UHGV virus genome: UHGV-1364457
DNA: 60,235 bases
Origin: a virus
Strand: one strand, 5' to 3'
Of the stretch, positions 45,676 to 55,318 are shown one piece after another. How positions within the stretch are numbered: the stretch's first letter is position 1; each line of letters starts with the position of its first letter. Made by a program: the position numbers and the translations under genes. The notes under the pieces are model-generated. The model was not told the origin of the DNA, did no database searches, and saw only the letters and a program-made list of their open reading frames with translations.

Positions 45676-45875
45676 GCATGGCTGAGAATGAACGGAAATT
45701 GCTGTGCGGGTGGAAGGCCATCACAGCCTACACCCGAGTTAGCCGCCTCCTCATGATCCGCTACGCCTACCCTGTCCACGACTGCGACAGGGCCGCTAAT
45801 CACGGGTACGGCGTATGCGCTTATACCGACGAGCTTGACGCCCACAGGGAGGCTATCAAGCATGGGAAAGCCTAG
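45672..45875 (+). CDS. Hypothetical small protein
   Basis: 67 aa. Overlap coupling. Confidence 0.4.
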   Translation: MSMAENERKLLCGWKAITAYTRVSRLLMIRYAYPVHDCDRAANHGYGVCAYTDELDAHREAIKHGKA

Positions 45876-45969
45876 CGGAAGCAGGTTGTGGGCGTATGGG
45901 TGCGTTGGCGTCGTGTTAATTATCGCGGCTGTGGTTGGAGTCATAAGTAAGGCAATGGGGTGGTGAACA

Positions 45970-46281
45970 ATGGAAAGATGTTTTTCATGCAGAAAACGTT
46001 TTGCATGTAATTTATTAATCAATAAAAGGCATGAATGCACTTCTTTTGAAGAAGATGTTATGATTAAAAATACGGAACAACCTTTTTATTATTCACGTTT
46101 TCCTATTCAGCCGATAGATTTTATTTCAGCGAACAAAATTGATTTTCTTGTCGGGAACGTCATCAAGTACGTTTGTCGGTATGATGCCAAGAATGGAGTG
46201 GAAGATCTCAAAAAGGCCAAGGTCTATCTTGAAAAATTGATTGAGCGTACGGAACAGGAGGCCAAAGAATGGACAGTGTGA
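45970..46281 (+). CDS. DUF3310-like phage protein (low GC)
   Basis: C-terminal NVIKYVCRYDAKNGVEDLKKAKVYLEKLI signature-like. Confidence 0.5.
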   Translation: MERCFSCRKRFACNLLINKRHECTSFEEDVMIKNTEQPFYYSRFPIQPIDFISANKIDFLVGNVIKYVCRYDAKNGVEDLKKAKVYLEKLIERTEQEAKEWTV

Positions 46282-46703
46282 CCATCAAATTCAAACGCCT
46301 TCATCCTGACGCCGTTACCCCGAAACAGGGGTCGGAATGGGCTGCGGGGTTCGACATTACCGCGATCAGCCGCAAATGGCTTCCCGATGAAGCCTGTTAC
46401 GAATACGGTACCGGGCTTGCTATTGAAGTCCCCAAAGGATTCGCCGCCCTCCTGTTTCCCCGTTCGTCCATTTTCCGGGTTCCGCTCCAGCTCTCCAATT
46501 CCGTGGGCGTGATTGACGCTGATTACCGTGGGGAAATCAAGGCAAAGTTCAGGCGTACCGATGGAGGCGAGCCGCTTTACCAGCCCGGTGACCGCATCGG
46601 ACAGCTTGTTATCATCCCCATTCCGTCAGTCCAGTATATCGAAGCAAAGGAACTTTCACCCTCCAAGCGTGGAACAAACGGCTACGGAAGCACGGGAAGG
46701 TAA
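46269..46703 (+). CDS. dut: dUTP diphosphatase
   Basis: dUTPase motifs AAGFDITA, RSS, GVIDADYRGE, ..YGSTGR. Confidence 0.7.
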   Translation: MDSVTIKFKRLHPDAVTPKQGSEWAAGFDITAISRKWLPDEACYEYGTGLAIEVPKGFAALLFPRSSIFRVPLQLSNSVGVIDADYRGEIKAKFRRTDGGEPLYQPGDRIGQLVIIPIPSVQYIEAKELSPSKRGTNGYGSTGR

Positions 46704-46705
46704 GC

Positions 46706-47245
46706 ATGAGAAAACGCGCCAAGCTGGACTTTGAACGCAGGGGCGGGTTGACCGCTATTGACGATGTAGCCTTTGCCCGGATTCTCCCTATCATCCACCA
46801 GTACATGCCCCGCATCCATCTTTCCATGTCTGCCATTCAAATCAGGGCGCATCTGGACGCTATTCTGTATCTGTCCATTTTCTACTGTCCTTGGCGCAAA
46901 ATCAAGAACTACCGCTCCATCTATCGCTTTTATCGACGGTTGCGCAGCCGTGGCGCGCTTACCATCATTCAAGTCAAAATAGGACGTTCTACTCCCCTCG
47001 AAATCATCCGTCCACGTAAGGAAGCCCGGACTGAGCCCAGAAAGCGCAAGTGCCCGCCGTGCCCCAAGTGCCATGAGGACGCAATGGTGTGTTATCACAC
47101 CAAGAAAAAATATGACGATGATGGGAACATCCGCATGATTGTCAGGTACTCAAAGTGCTCTGCCTGTGGGCATACCTCCGTTTTCATTGAGACGAAAAAC
47201 AATAAATGGTGGAATAATCCAAACTTCGTACCAACATGCTGTTGA
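46706..47245 (+). CDS. Q-like late-gene regulator candidate with C-terminal zinc ribbon
   Basis: CPPCPKC...CSACGH. Sits immediately upstream of the lysis cassette. Confidence 0.35.
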   Translation: MRKRAKLDFERRGGLTAIDDVAFARILPIIHQYMPRIHLSMSAIQIRAHLDAILYLSIFYCPWRKIKNYRSIYRFYRRLRSRGALTIIQVKIGRSTPLEIIRPRKEARTEPRKRKCPPCPKCHEDAMVCYHTKKKYDDDGNIRMIVRYSKCSACGHTSVFIETKNNKWWNNPNFVPTCC

Positions 47246-47293
47246 TTTTTCTCCTCCAGAAGCTCCTAGTTTCCAGAAATAGGAGCTTTTCTT

Positions 47294-47677
47294 ATGCAAA
47301 TTTCTCTTCGCCATTTCTCTCCGGGTGAATTCCGTTGCAAGGACGGATGCGGTGGCGGCATTGAGCACATGAATCAAGACTTGCTCATGATGCTTGATCA
47401 AGTTCGAGATCGTGCTGGTATCCCGCTGGTATTGTCTTCCGCCTACCGTTGTCCGGCGCACAATCAGGCAGTCGGTGGAGTGGACGATTCCGCCCATACC
47501 CGTGGGTACGCCGTAGATATCAAGTGCATCAACTCGCACACCCGTTTCCTGATTCTCCAAGCTGCGCTTGAAGTCGGATTCAGGCGCATCGAACTGGCCC
47601 CCACATGGGTTCATCTCGACAACGATCCGAACAAGCCGCAGGACGTCGCCTTTTACCAGCATGGAGGCAAATACTGA
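47294..47677 (+). CDS. Peptidase M15-family endolysin (zinc D-Ala-D-Ala carboxypeptidase-like)
   Basis: SAYRCPAHNQAVGGVDDSAHTRGYAVD...WVHLD carries the H-x6-D ... H zinc ligands. Confidence 0.65.
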   Translation: MQISLRHFSPGEFRCKDGCGGGIEHMNQDLLMMLDQVRDRAGIPLVLSSAYRCPAHNQAVGGVDDSAHTRGYAVDIKCINSHTRFLILQAALEVGFRRIELAPTWVHLDNDPNKPQDVAFYQHGGKY

Positions 47678-47967
47678 TGGAAACCACCGTGATTGACTTC
47701 ATTCTGTCTACCTTGGCGCAGCTTTCTGCGCAGTATCCCGACGCGGCATGGATCATCACCGCCCTGAGCGTGCTCATGACTGTGTGCGGCCTATGCGCCG
47801 TAGCCACCGTATGGATGCCCGTACCCAAGGAAACAACCGGGGCCTATGCCGCCGTATATCGGTGGGTTCATGCCTTTGCAGCGCATTTTGGACAGAACAA
47901 GGGGGCCGTGGCTGACGGGAAGTCCCCCGCCGTACAGTCTGAAGTTAAGGCCGTGACCGGGAAGTGA
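47677..47967 (+). CDS. Holin-like membrane protein
   Basis: ATGA-type overlap with the endolysin gene. Hydrophobic segments. Confidence 0.5.
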   Translation: METTVIDFILSTLAQLSAQYPDAAWIITALSVLMTVCGLCAVATVWMPVPKETTGAYAAVYRWVHAFAAHFGQNKGAVADGKSPAVQSEVKAVTGK

Positions 47968-47971
47968 GGGC

Positions 47972-48265
47972 ATGTGTCGAACATTACCGCCGTCATTCTG
48001 TCCTTCCTGCAACTTGCTTTACGCCTTCTTGATACGGTGGATAAAGCCGCTGCTGACGATTTTCGGCGGTCTGTTGCTCTTGATGCTTCTGGGGTGCTCG
48101 TCAGCAAATTGGGCGGAAAGAACACAGATACCGTCTACGCCCATACTGGCGAGCATCCGAAAAGTGAATCTTGATGGAATCGATGGCGTGTGGATGGATT
48201 CAAGAGATGCCGGGACTCTCGCCCAATGGATCAATGACGTGGAACAGGTCAAAGCAAGGTATTAA
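47972..48265 (+). CDS. Lipoprotein (spanin-like), lipobox LLGC
   Basis: LLLLMLLGCSSANW. Confidence 0.5.
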   Translation: MCRTLPPSFCPSCNLLYAFLIRWIKPLLTIFGGLLLLMLLGCSSANWAERTQIPSTPILASIRKVNLDGIDGVWMDSRDAGTLAQWINDVEQVKARY

Positions 48266-48276
48266 TATGGCTGGTT

Positions 48277-48603
48277 ATGCTGGAAAAAATTATCGCGGAT
48301 TTTTCCCGTGCTATCGACCTGCTTTCGGGCGGAATTACTTGGATCATTCTTGGGGCTGTAGGCGGTGTAGCCGTGGAATGGGAAACCGCTAGGGCATATC
48401 ATCGTGAGATGAGGGTGAGCGACATCCTCGCCTCGTGGGTCATTGGCATTTGCTTTGGTGCCATGACTTGGGTGTGTGCCGCAAATTCATCCGAAGGTAT
48501 ACGTATGGTTTACACGGTTTCGTCTGCTATGTTCGGACATGGTTGCGGGCCTCTTATCAAGAGAAATATCAAGGGAATCATAGAAAATCTCGGCAAGAAA
48601 TAG
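48277..48603 (+). CDS. Membrane protein of the lysis cassette
   Basis: Two to three TM segments. Confidence 0.45.
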   Translation: MLEKIIADFSRAIDLLSGGITWIILGAVGGVAVEWETARAYHREMRVSDILASWVIGICFGAMTWVCAANSSEGIRMVYTVSSAMFGHGCGPLIKRNIKGIIENLGKK

Positions 48604-48662
48604 CCTCATCTTGCCCTGCCCAAGGTTTTCATGCGGGGCCGATAGCGGAGTTGGAAAAATGG

Positions 48663-49079
48663 ATGGACACTTACGCCTTGCAACGGGTTATCCTGAAAAT
48701 GGATTTGCTGCCCGGTGAACGCTATGTCGGAATGGTGCTTGCACTACATCTCAATCAAAAAACGGGAACCATCCAAGTCCGTCAGAAGACGCTCATTGAG
48801 GAGACAGGCTATTCACGGAACACGGTACAAAAAGCCCTTCAACGCCTGGTAGCTTCCGGGGTGTTCATTTCTCAGCAAACAGGACGCGCTGCGGTTCTTG
48901 CGCTTGGAAATAATACTGGAAATATGGATACCCCAAATACTGGGCATCAGCTACCCCAAAAATTGGGGTATCGGCGCAAACGGAAAGGAGCACCTTTTGA
49001 TTTGGACACGTCGCTCAGTACGCGAATCGAAGAACTGAACAAGCGCGATGAAAAACGGTTCCAGAGGGAACAGAAATAG
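48663..49079 (+). CDS. wHTH DNA-binding protein
   Basis: IQVRQKTLIEETGYSRNTVQKALQRLVASGVF. Confidence 0.45.
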   Translation: MDTYALQRVILKMDLLPGERYVGMVLALHLNQKTGTIQVRQKTLIEETGYSRNTVQKALQRLVASGVFISQQTGRAAVLALGNNTGNMDTPNTGHQLPQKLGYRRKRKGAPFDLDTSLSTRIEELNKRDEKRFQREQK

Positions 49080-49172
49080 ATTTCTTGCCCCCTCGTTAGT
49101 GAGTGGGTTTGAAATATCGGCAGAGGCTTTTTGCTCAATTTGAGAAACAACCTGATGAATATGGAGGCTACT

Positions 49173-49304
49173 ATGGACCCTCGTGAAGTTCAGCGGCGTA
49201 TCAATGCGACTACGGGCGTAAACCGTGGGCGTACTCGTGCGATCCGTACACAGCGTGCCAGAACTGCGGCGCGTCGTGTGTCTCGTGGCGGCATGGGCGG
49301 TTGA
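49173..49304 (+). CDS. Small Arg-rich protein; absent from the ORF track
   Basis: GGAGG is 5 nt upstream of ATG 49173. MDPREVQRRINATTGVNRGRTRAIRTQRARTAARRVSRGGMGG. Stop overlaps the next start. Confidence 0.3.
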   Translation: MDPREVQRRINATTGVNRGRTRAIRTQRARTAARRVSRGGMGG

Positions 49305-49990
49305 TGATGAACGGCCTTCCGCTCTTTCGTTCCATTGAGACGGCGGCGGCCATTACCGACCGGGTTCTTGTTTCCTTTTCTGGGGGCAAGGATTCGGTCG
49401 TTACCCTCGACCTGTGCATGAAACATTTCAAGCATGTTGAGGGCTTTTTTATGTACCAAGTTCGCGGGTTATCTTTTCAGGAAGCAATTATCCGGTATTA
49501 CGAGGATAAATACAGTATACCCATTCATAGAATACCCCATTTTGAGCTTTCTCAATGGCTTCGATATGGGGCATTTCGCAATTATGATTTTTCATGTCCT
49601 ATCGTCAGCGTAAAAGAGACATACGATTACATCCGAGACAATACGGGTATTTGGTGGATTGCAGCAGGTGAACGCATTTCAGATAGTGTTTGGCGCAGGG
49701 CTATAATCAAGAGTTCTGGCACCATCGATGAAAAGCGCGGGCGATTTTACCCGATAGCTGAGTGGGGTAAGGATGCTGTCAGGGCATATATCAGACAGCG
49801 AAAATTGAGAGTGGGTGCTGAATCTGAAAAGCTCGGTTTCTCATTTCGCTCATTCGCTCCGAAAGACCTGATTGCCATTCGCGACAACTTCCCGGCTGAT
49901 TATGCAAAGATTAAAGAATGGTTCCCGCTTGTGGACGTAAACATCCTGCAATACCAAATGAAGGCAGAGCGATATGGTGAATCAGAGTAA
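49304..49990 (+). CDS. PAPS-reductase-like (PP-loop ATP pyrophosphatase) protein
   Basis: PP-loop VSFSGGKDSVV. Confidence 0.6.
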   Translation: MMNGLPLFRSIETAAAITDRVLVSFSGGKDSVVTLDLCMKHFKHVEGFFMYQVRGLSFQEAIIRYYEDKYSIPIHRIPHFELSQWLRYGAFRNYDFSCPIVSVKETYDYIRDNTGIWWIAAGERISDSVWRRAIIKSSGTIDEKRGRFYPIAEWGKDAVRAYIRQRKLRVGAESEKLGFSFRSFAPKDLIAIRDNFPADYAKIKEWFPLVDVNILQYQMKAERYGESE

Positions 49991-50645
49991 GTATCAAAAG
50001 TTTGAGATGGACACGGTTAGCCGAAAACAGATTCATGGTGCTGATTATAACCCCCGTGTGATTTCGGAAGATGCAAGAAAGCGTCTTCGCAAGATGCTGG
50101 CGAAACATGGACTTGTCCAGCCGTTGGTCTGGAATAGGCGCACGGGCAACCTTGTATCCGGGCATCAACGGCTTTCTGCCCTTGATTCCCTTGAGCGGAC
50201 GCAAGATTACTCATTGCAAGTTGCTATTGTTGACTTGAATGAGCGTGAAGAAAAGATTCTTAATGTCCAGCTTAACAACCCGTCCATGCAAGGGGATTGG
50301 GATATGGATAAGCTGATTGAAATGAGCGAAGACAGCGATATTGCCCCCACTGAGTTCGGATTCTCTGATGGAGATGTAGCAATCATGTTCGGAGACAATG
50401 GGGAGATTGACGAGCTTATGGGGGATTCGCCCGGCGTTTCAGACGCAAAAGACACGCTGAAAGAGATCAAAGAGCATCGTGCCGAGAGCATGGCGAAGAT
50501 GCAGAAAGAGCAGTCTGCGGACTTTTATTTCACCGTGGTATGCGAAACTGAAGAGCAGAAAAAGGCCATCCTTAAACGCTTTGGGGTTCCAGTATGGGAG
50601 GCATTCGTGGATGGCCGAAAATTGGCGAGTGAGCTTGGGCTTTAG
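49974..50645 (+). CDS. ParB-like nuclease domain protein
   Basis: LVWNRRTGNLVSGHQRLSAL (ParB N-terminal-domain like). Confidence 0.55.
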   Translation: MVNQSKYQKFEMDTVSRKQIHGADYNPRVISEDARKRLRKMLAKHGLVQPLVWNRRTGNLVSGHQRLSALDSLERTQDYSLQVAIVDLNEREEKILNVQLNNPSMQGDWDMDKLIEMSEDSDIAPTEFGFSDGDVAIMFGDNGEIDELMGDSPGVSDAKDTLKEIKEHRAESMAKMQKEQSADFYFTVVCETEEQKKAILKRFGVPVWEAFVDGRKLASELGL

Positions 50646-51076
50646 GCAGGGTGTTCTTTGAGGTAGACGCAATGATCTTTGTATCCGTCCGGCAATTTTT
50701 CCATTTTTGCATCAATCTCAAAAACATTCAGTTTCCCTTTCACAGGAAATGGAATGATTTCATACAATTTTTTGACATGCCAAGCATACCCTTTGAGTGC
50801 CTCGGGGTACCAGTCTTCAGGCAAAAAAGATTTTTCCAAATCTGCCTTGGTCATAGGGGAAATATCGATAAGCTCAACGACACCCAAAGCCATGCCGCCG
50901 GGGGAAACGAGTCCGTCATTGATCTCAAAATCGCCTTTGCTTGAGCAGATAAGTAGCTGTCCACGATAGGCCGTTTTCCAAGTCCGACACTCCACAGTCT
51001 TATAGCCAGCAGCGACGAGAGAGGCCCACGGCTGTTTGATAGATATGGCTTTCATATAACCTCCGTATAGGCACAT
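50642..51076 (-). CDS. ASCH domain protein
   Basis: ISIKQPWASLVAAGYKTVECRTW. Confidence 0.55.
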   Translation of the reverse strand: MCLYGGYMKAISIKQPWASLVAAGYKTVECRTWKTAYRGQLLICSSKGDFEINDGLVSPGGMALGVVELIDISPMTKADLEKSFLPEDWYPEALKGYAWHVKKLYEIIPFPVKGKLNVFEIDAKMEKLPDGYKDHCVYLKEHPA

Positions 51077-51112
51077 TATACAAGCTATCTATTTAAAAGT
51101 ACAGGATATTAA

Positions 51113-51706
51113 ATGGCTCAATGCACAGCTACATCAAAGCGAACCGGGGAACGTTGCAAACGCATGTGCGCCCCCGGAAAGACCGTGTGTAAATGGCATG
51201 GCGGGAACTCGAAGGGTGCACCAAAAGGCAATAAAAATGCTTTAAAACATGGTGCTTATGAGAGTATTTCCCTTGAAACGATGTTTCCTGACGAGATTGA
51301 ATATGCCAATTCCATTTCTCTCGATCCGTTGACAACGCTGCAAGAGCAGCTTCGATTTTTGCGTGTCAAAGAGGCTCGCCTTGCCAAGCGCATGAAAAAG
51401 GCTCTTGAAGCCGAGATGAACGCAGAAAAAGATGACGGAACGGGGAAGAAGGGCGGTAAGATGGTGGTCATCACCGCCACCCAAACACAAGCCGAGAATT
51501 TCCAGGGCGAAAAGAGCAAGACGATTACGACGACCTCAGAAACGCACAGTATGCAATACCTGCGGCTCGAACAGGCGCATTCTATCGTTTTGGATCAAAT
51601 CAGGCGTGTTCTTGAGGCCATTGCCAAGATCGAAAGCATAACCGGACAGAATGACGAACCTTTGCCCCTTTATACCGTCATTCCCGAGGATATGCAGAAT
51701 GAATAA
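51113..51706 (+). CDS. Terminase small subunit candidate
   Basis: KGNKNALKHGAY motif. Sits upstream of terL. Confidence 0.55.
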   Translation: MAQCTATSKRTGERCKRMCAPGKTVCKWHGGNSKGAPKGNKNALKHGAYESISLETMFPDEIEYANSISLDPLTTLQEQLRFLRVKEARLAKRMKKALEAEMNAEKDDGTGKKGGKMVVITATQTQAENFQGEKSKTITTTSETHSMQYLRLEQAHSIVLDQIRRVLEAIAKIESITGQNDEPLPLYTVIPEDMQNE

Positions 51707-53000
51707 TATTCGCATATTATCGCGGCCACAGGCCACCGTATACCTTTCTCCGGCCCGATTCAGGGTATTGGTTTCGGGGCGTCGTTTTGGCAAGACAATA
51801 CTATCCATTGAAGAATTGCTACGGGAAGTCCAGTCTGGGCATGGCAAAAGGTGCTGGTATGTGGCTCCTACCTACCGTCAGGCGCAGCAAATATGCTGGC
51901 AAATGTTGAAAGATCGTCTTTCCCTTGGGAACTGGATTGCATCTAAGAACGAAAGCGATTTGTCCATCGTCCTAAAAAAGACTGGAAATACTATTTCTCT
52001 CAGGGGGGCAGACAATTTTGATTCTTTGCGTGGCGTCGGCCTCCACTTCCTCGTTATGGATGAATTTGCCGACATCAAGCCCGAAGCATGGTTTGAGGTT
52101 CTTCGCGCCACCTTGTCTGATACCGGGGGGAAAGCTCTTTTTTGTGGGACTCCCAAGGGCCGTAATTGGGCGTATGATTTATTTCAGAGAGGAAAAGAGC
52201 CTCATGAAAGAGACTGGGCTTCATTCTCCTATACGACTGTGGAGGGTGGTAATGTCCCACCAGAAGAAGTGGAGACGGCACGGCGTGAACTGGACGAACT
52301 GACTTTTCGGCAAGAATATGAAGCCTCTTTTGTGAATTTTGAAGGCCGAGTTTACTATCCGTTCTTGCTCGAAACCCACACCGCCCCTCTTTTCCAGTGT
52401 TATAATGCCGACGCCCCCCTTGCATTCTGCTTTGACTTCAACGTCGAACCGGGCGTGGCCGCCGTCTGCCAAGAAGTAAATCTTCCCAATGGGAATATGG
52501 GAACCGCAGTCATTGGGGAAGTATATATCCCGAGAAACAGCAATACTCCTGCGGTATGCCGCAAGTTGATTCAAGATTGGATAAACCATCGTGGCCCCAT
52601 ACGCTGTTACGGTGACGCTACAGGCGGTAGTCGTGGAAGCGCAAAGATTGCTGGTTCAGACTGGGATTTAATCAAGGCTGAATTCCGGCAATCTGCATTT
52701 AGAAACAGGATTAGCTACCGGGTTCGGTCATCCAATCCTCCTGAGCGTAGCCGTGTCAACGCGATGAATAGCCGTCTCAAAAGCGAATCAGGGGAAATCA
52801 GATTGATGGTTGATCCCGTGAAAGCTCCTCACGTTGTGCGCGATCTTGAAGGCGTCGTACTTCTCAAAGGGGGCAGCGGAGAGATAGATAAGAAAGGGAC
52901 ACCAGACCTGACGCATATTTCCGATGCGTTGGGTTATTATATAGAGGCTGAATTCCCAACAACAAAACGTGAAGTCTTTTTCGGCAGTTCAATGGGCTAG
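51699..53000 (+). CDS. Terminase large subunit
   Basis: Walker A SGRRFGKT. Position between terS and the portal gene. Confidence 0.65.
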   Translation: MNNIRILSRPQATVYLSPARFRVLVSGRRFGKTILSIEELLREVQSGHGKRCWYVAPTYRQAQQICWQMLKDRLSLGNWIASKNESDLSIVLKKTGNTISLRGADNFDSLRGVGLHFLVMDEFADIKPEAWFEVLRATLSDTGGKALFCGTPKGRNWAYDLFQRGKEPHERDWASFSYTTVEGGNVPPEEVETARRELDELTFRQEYEASFVNFEGRVYYPFLLETHTAPLFQCYNADAPLAFCFDFNVEPGVAAVCQEVNLPNGNMGTAVIGEVYIPRNSNTPAVCRKLIQDWINHRGPIRCYGDATGGSRGSAKIAGSDWDLIKAEFRQSAFRNRISYRVRSSNPPERSRVNAMNSRLKSESGEIRLMVDPVKAPHVVRDLEGVVLLKGGSGEIDKKGTPDLTHISDALGYYIEAEFPTTKREVFFGSSMG

Positions 53001-53010
53001 GAGAAAATAT

Positions 53011-54468
53011 ATGGCTGACAACACTGAGTATAGCAAAAAGCACCCGGACTATTCCGAGTCATACCAACGCCGGGGGCTGGCCCTTGACCTGTATGAAGGC
53101 GGCAGGCGTGTGGAGGAAAACCCCGCGTATCTTATCCGGCACCCGTACGAGACGCAAAAGCAGTATGATATCCGGTTCCAGCGGGCAACCTACCGCAATT
53201 TTGCGGCCCCCATTGTTGACGTGTTCGCCAGCTTCATCAACGAAGGGCGGCCCCCACGCGTATTGCCCGCCAAGCTTGAGGATATGCAGGACAACGTTGA
53301 CCGTCTCGGCACCAAGGCCAATACCTTCTTTGCCGATGTGACGCGCCTTGCCGCTGCCGGGGGCATCAGGTTTGTGCAAGTGGATGCGGAGCCTCAGGCG
53401 GGCGTTACACAAGCCGAAGCGGAAGAAGCCGGGCGCAGGCAGTGGCCTTATTTCATCTCCCTTGATCCCACGGACGTATGGGATTGGGAAATCGGCGCGG
53501 ACGGTTTGGATTGGGTTGTCATTCACGGCGCAGGTATGGAGGGGAATGCCCCATTCACCAAGGGTACGCGCTACGAAACCTTGACCGTGTGGACGCGGAC
53601 GGAATGGACGCGCTACAGGCGGGAAACGGATTCCACGGCAAAAGCAGGGACCAGCCTCGGGTGGAAAGAATACGACAAAGGGATAAACCCTTCCGGGGTG
53701 GTACCCATCGTTCCGTTCACGTTTGAAGATACGGCGGGCTCCATCATGTCTGGCGTCCCGGCGACGGATGACGTTCTTTCGCTTGTTCTTCGCATTTACA
53801 GGCGCGATTCCGAACTGGATAAGATGCTGTTCGACCGGGCCGTCCCTCTGCTCAATGTGGGCGGGATAAGCCGAGAAAATTGGGATTCCTTTATTTTGGG
53901 AAGCACCAATGCCCTTATGAGTACGGACCCGGGCGGCATCACGGCTGAATATGTGGAATCCACGGGGACCTCCTTTTCGGCGCAGACTGAATTTTTGACC
54001 CGTGACGAGAACTCGGTGCGTGAAATCGCGCTCCGCATGATCCGCCCGCAGTCCGGGGTAGGGGAGTCCGCCGAATCCAAACAGCTTGACCGTCAACAGC
54101 TTGATACACAGCTTGCGAACTTCGCCCGCAGGTGTGCCAATGCTGAGGCGCAGTGCTGGAAAATCGCGGCCCGATGGATGGGACTGGACGATAGCGACAT
54201 TTCCACGCCCTATACTGAGAATTACGATGTGGAGGCCGCAGGGGATGCAATTGTGTCCGCGCTGGTATCCCTGAACTCGCAAGCTATTATCTCCAAGCAA
54301 ACCATCAGGAACACATCCGCAGTCAAGAAGATGATGCCCGAGGGATGGAATCCCAAAGAGGAAGAGACGCGGTTGCAGCAAGAGCTTGGAAGCACGAGGG
54401 GAGCTTCTGGAACTTTGCGTTTGCCGAATCTTCTTGGAGGGACGGGAACGCAAGGCATGAATATTTAA
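53011..54468 (+). CDS. Portal protein candidate
   Basis: GGAG RBS. 485 aa. Between terL and the gp7-like gene. Confidence 0.55.
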   Translation: MADNTEYSKKHPDYSESYQRRGLALDLYEGGRRVEENPAYLIRHPYETQKQYDIRFQRATYRNFAAPIVDVFASFINEGRPPRVLPAKLEDMQDNVDRLGTKANTFFADVTRLAAAGGIRFVQVDAEPQAGVTQAEAEEAGRRQWPYFISLDPTDVWDWEIGADGLDWVVIHGAGMEGNAPFTKGTRYETLTVWTRTEWTRYRRETDSTAKAGTSLGWKEYDKGINPSGVVPIVPFTFEDTAGSIMSGVPATDDVLSLVLRIYRRDSELDKMLFDRAVPLLNVGGISRENWDSFILGSTNALMSTDPGGITAEYVESTGTSFSAQTEFLTRDENSVREIALRMIRPQSGVGESAESKQLDRQQLDTQLANFARRCANAEAQCWKIAARWMGLDDSDISTPYTENYDVEAAGDAIVSALVSLNSQAIISKQTIRNTSAVKKMMPEGWNPKEEETRLQQELGSTRGASGTLRLPNLLGGTGTQGMNI

Positions 54469-54560
54469 AGATAAAGGTACGGTTCGCGCCGTGCCTTTTT
54501 ACTTCCAATGGGTTGTGATGTTTGGTAGAATGGCGGGTAAATACATAATAGGGGGGAGAT

Positions 54561-54932
54561 ATGAAATTCGAAGAACACGTTGAAATTGTTGGACACTGTG
54601 CGAAGAAAATGTATATGTCCATACACAAGGCTAGGCAGAATAATATTGACTTTGAAGTACATATAGAAAGTAGAAGAAGATATTTGGGAGATTATGGCAC
54701 ATACTCTGAGGTTTACGTTGGAGATGCTAGGTTGATTTCCGGCGTAACCAGCCCTCTTAACAATGAAGAAATACAAAAACTAAGAAAAGAGATTGAAGAA
54801 GCATCGTATGAACTTGAATCTGCATTAAATATCGCAATGAAAGATAGATATTCATTTGATATACGTGGAGCCATTTTTGATGACGATGTAGTAGTTGATA
54901 TTTGTGTTAACGGTTCCAATGTAACTATATAG
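54561..54932 (+). CDS. Low-GC hypothetical protein in the head module
   Basis: About 35% GC. GGGGGGAG RBS. Confidence 0.45.
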   Translation: MKFEEHVEIVGHCAKKMYMSIHKARQNNIDFEVHIESRRRYLGDYGTYSEVYVGDARLISGVTSPLNNEEIQKLRKEIEEASYELESALNIAMKDRYSFDIRGAIFDDDVVVDICVNGSNVTI

Positions 54933-55006
54933 AATTAAAATACACCGATTTATATGGCAGACATAAACGCCGATGAAGATTTCAAGAGTAAGCTGTGGGA
55001 GGAAAA

Positions 55007-55315
55007 ATGAAAGATCTTACCAAGGTTGAACGTGAACCTTACCGTAAGGCTATTGAAGACGCCGTGATGAATCTTTGTGCCGCATGTAGTAATGCTCTTG
55101 CACAAGGCTTAGATGTAGACATTAATATTCAACATTTAACTGATTTCGATCCGCTGAAAGGGCCTATCCGTAGTATCACTTCAAACAGAATTATAACCGC
55201 AAACCATAAAATGCCCATTGAAGAAATAGTAAGCCCTTACTCTCCACCGTCAGTAAAAATAGACGTTGAAGGGTGTGATAGAGATAATATTGTTCTTCAA
55301 GAGGCCGTAAAATAA
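55007..55315 (+). CDS. Low-GC hypothetical protein in the head module
   Basis: GGGAGGAAAA before the ATG. Confidence 0.45.
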   Translation: MKDLTKVEREPYRKAIEDAVMNLCAACSNALAQGLDVDINIQHLTDFDPLKGPIRSITSNRIITANHKMPIEEIVSPYSPPSVKIDVEGCDRDNIVLQEAVK

Positions 55316-55318
55316 AGA

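Noticed and set aside
53059-54453. 464-aa minus-strand ORF antisense to the portal gene
   Set aside because: Overlaps the portal gene across its whole length. R/G/P-rich nonsense translation with no RBS. A GC-driven artefact.
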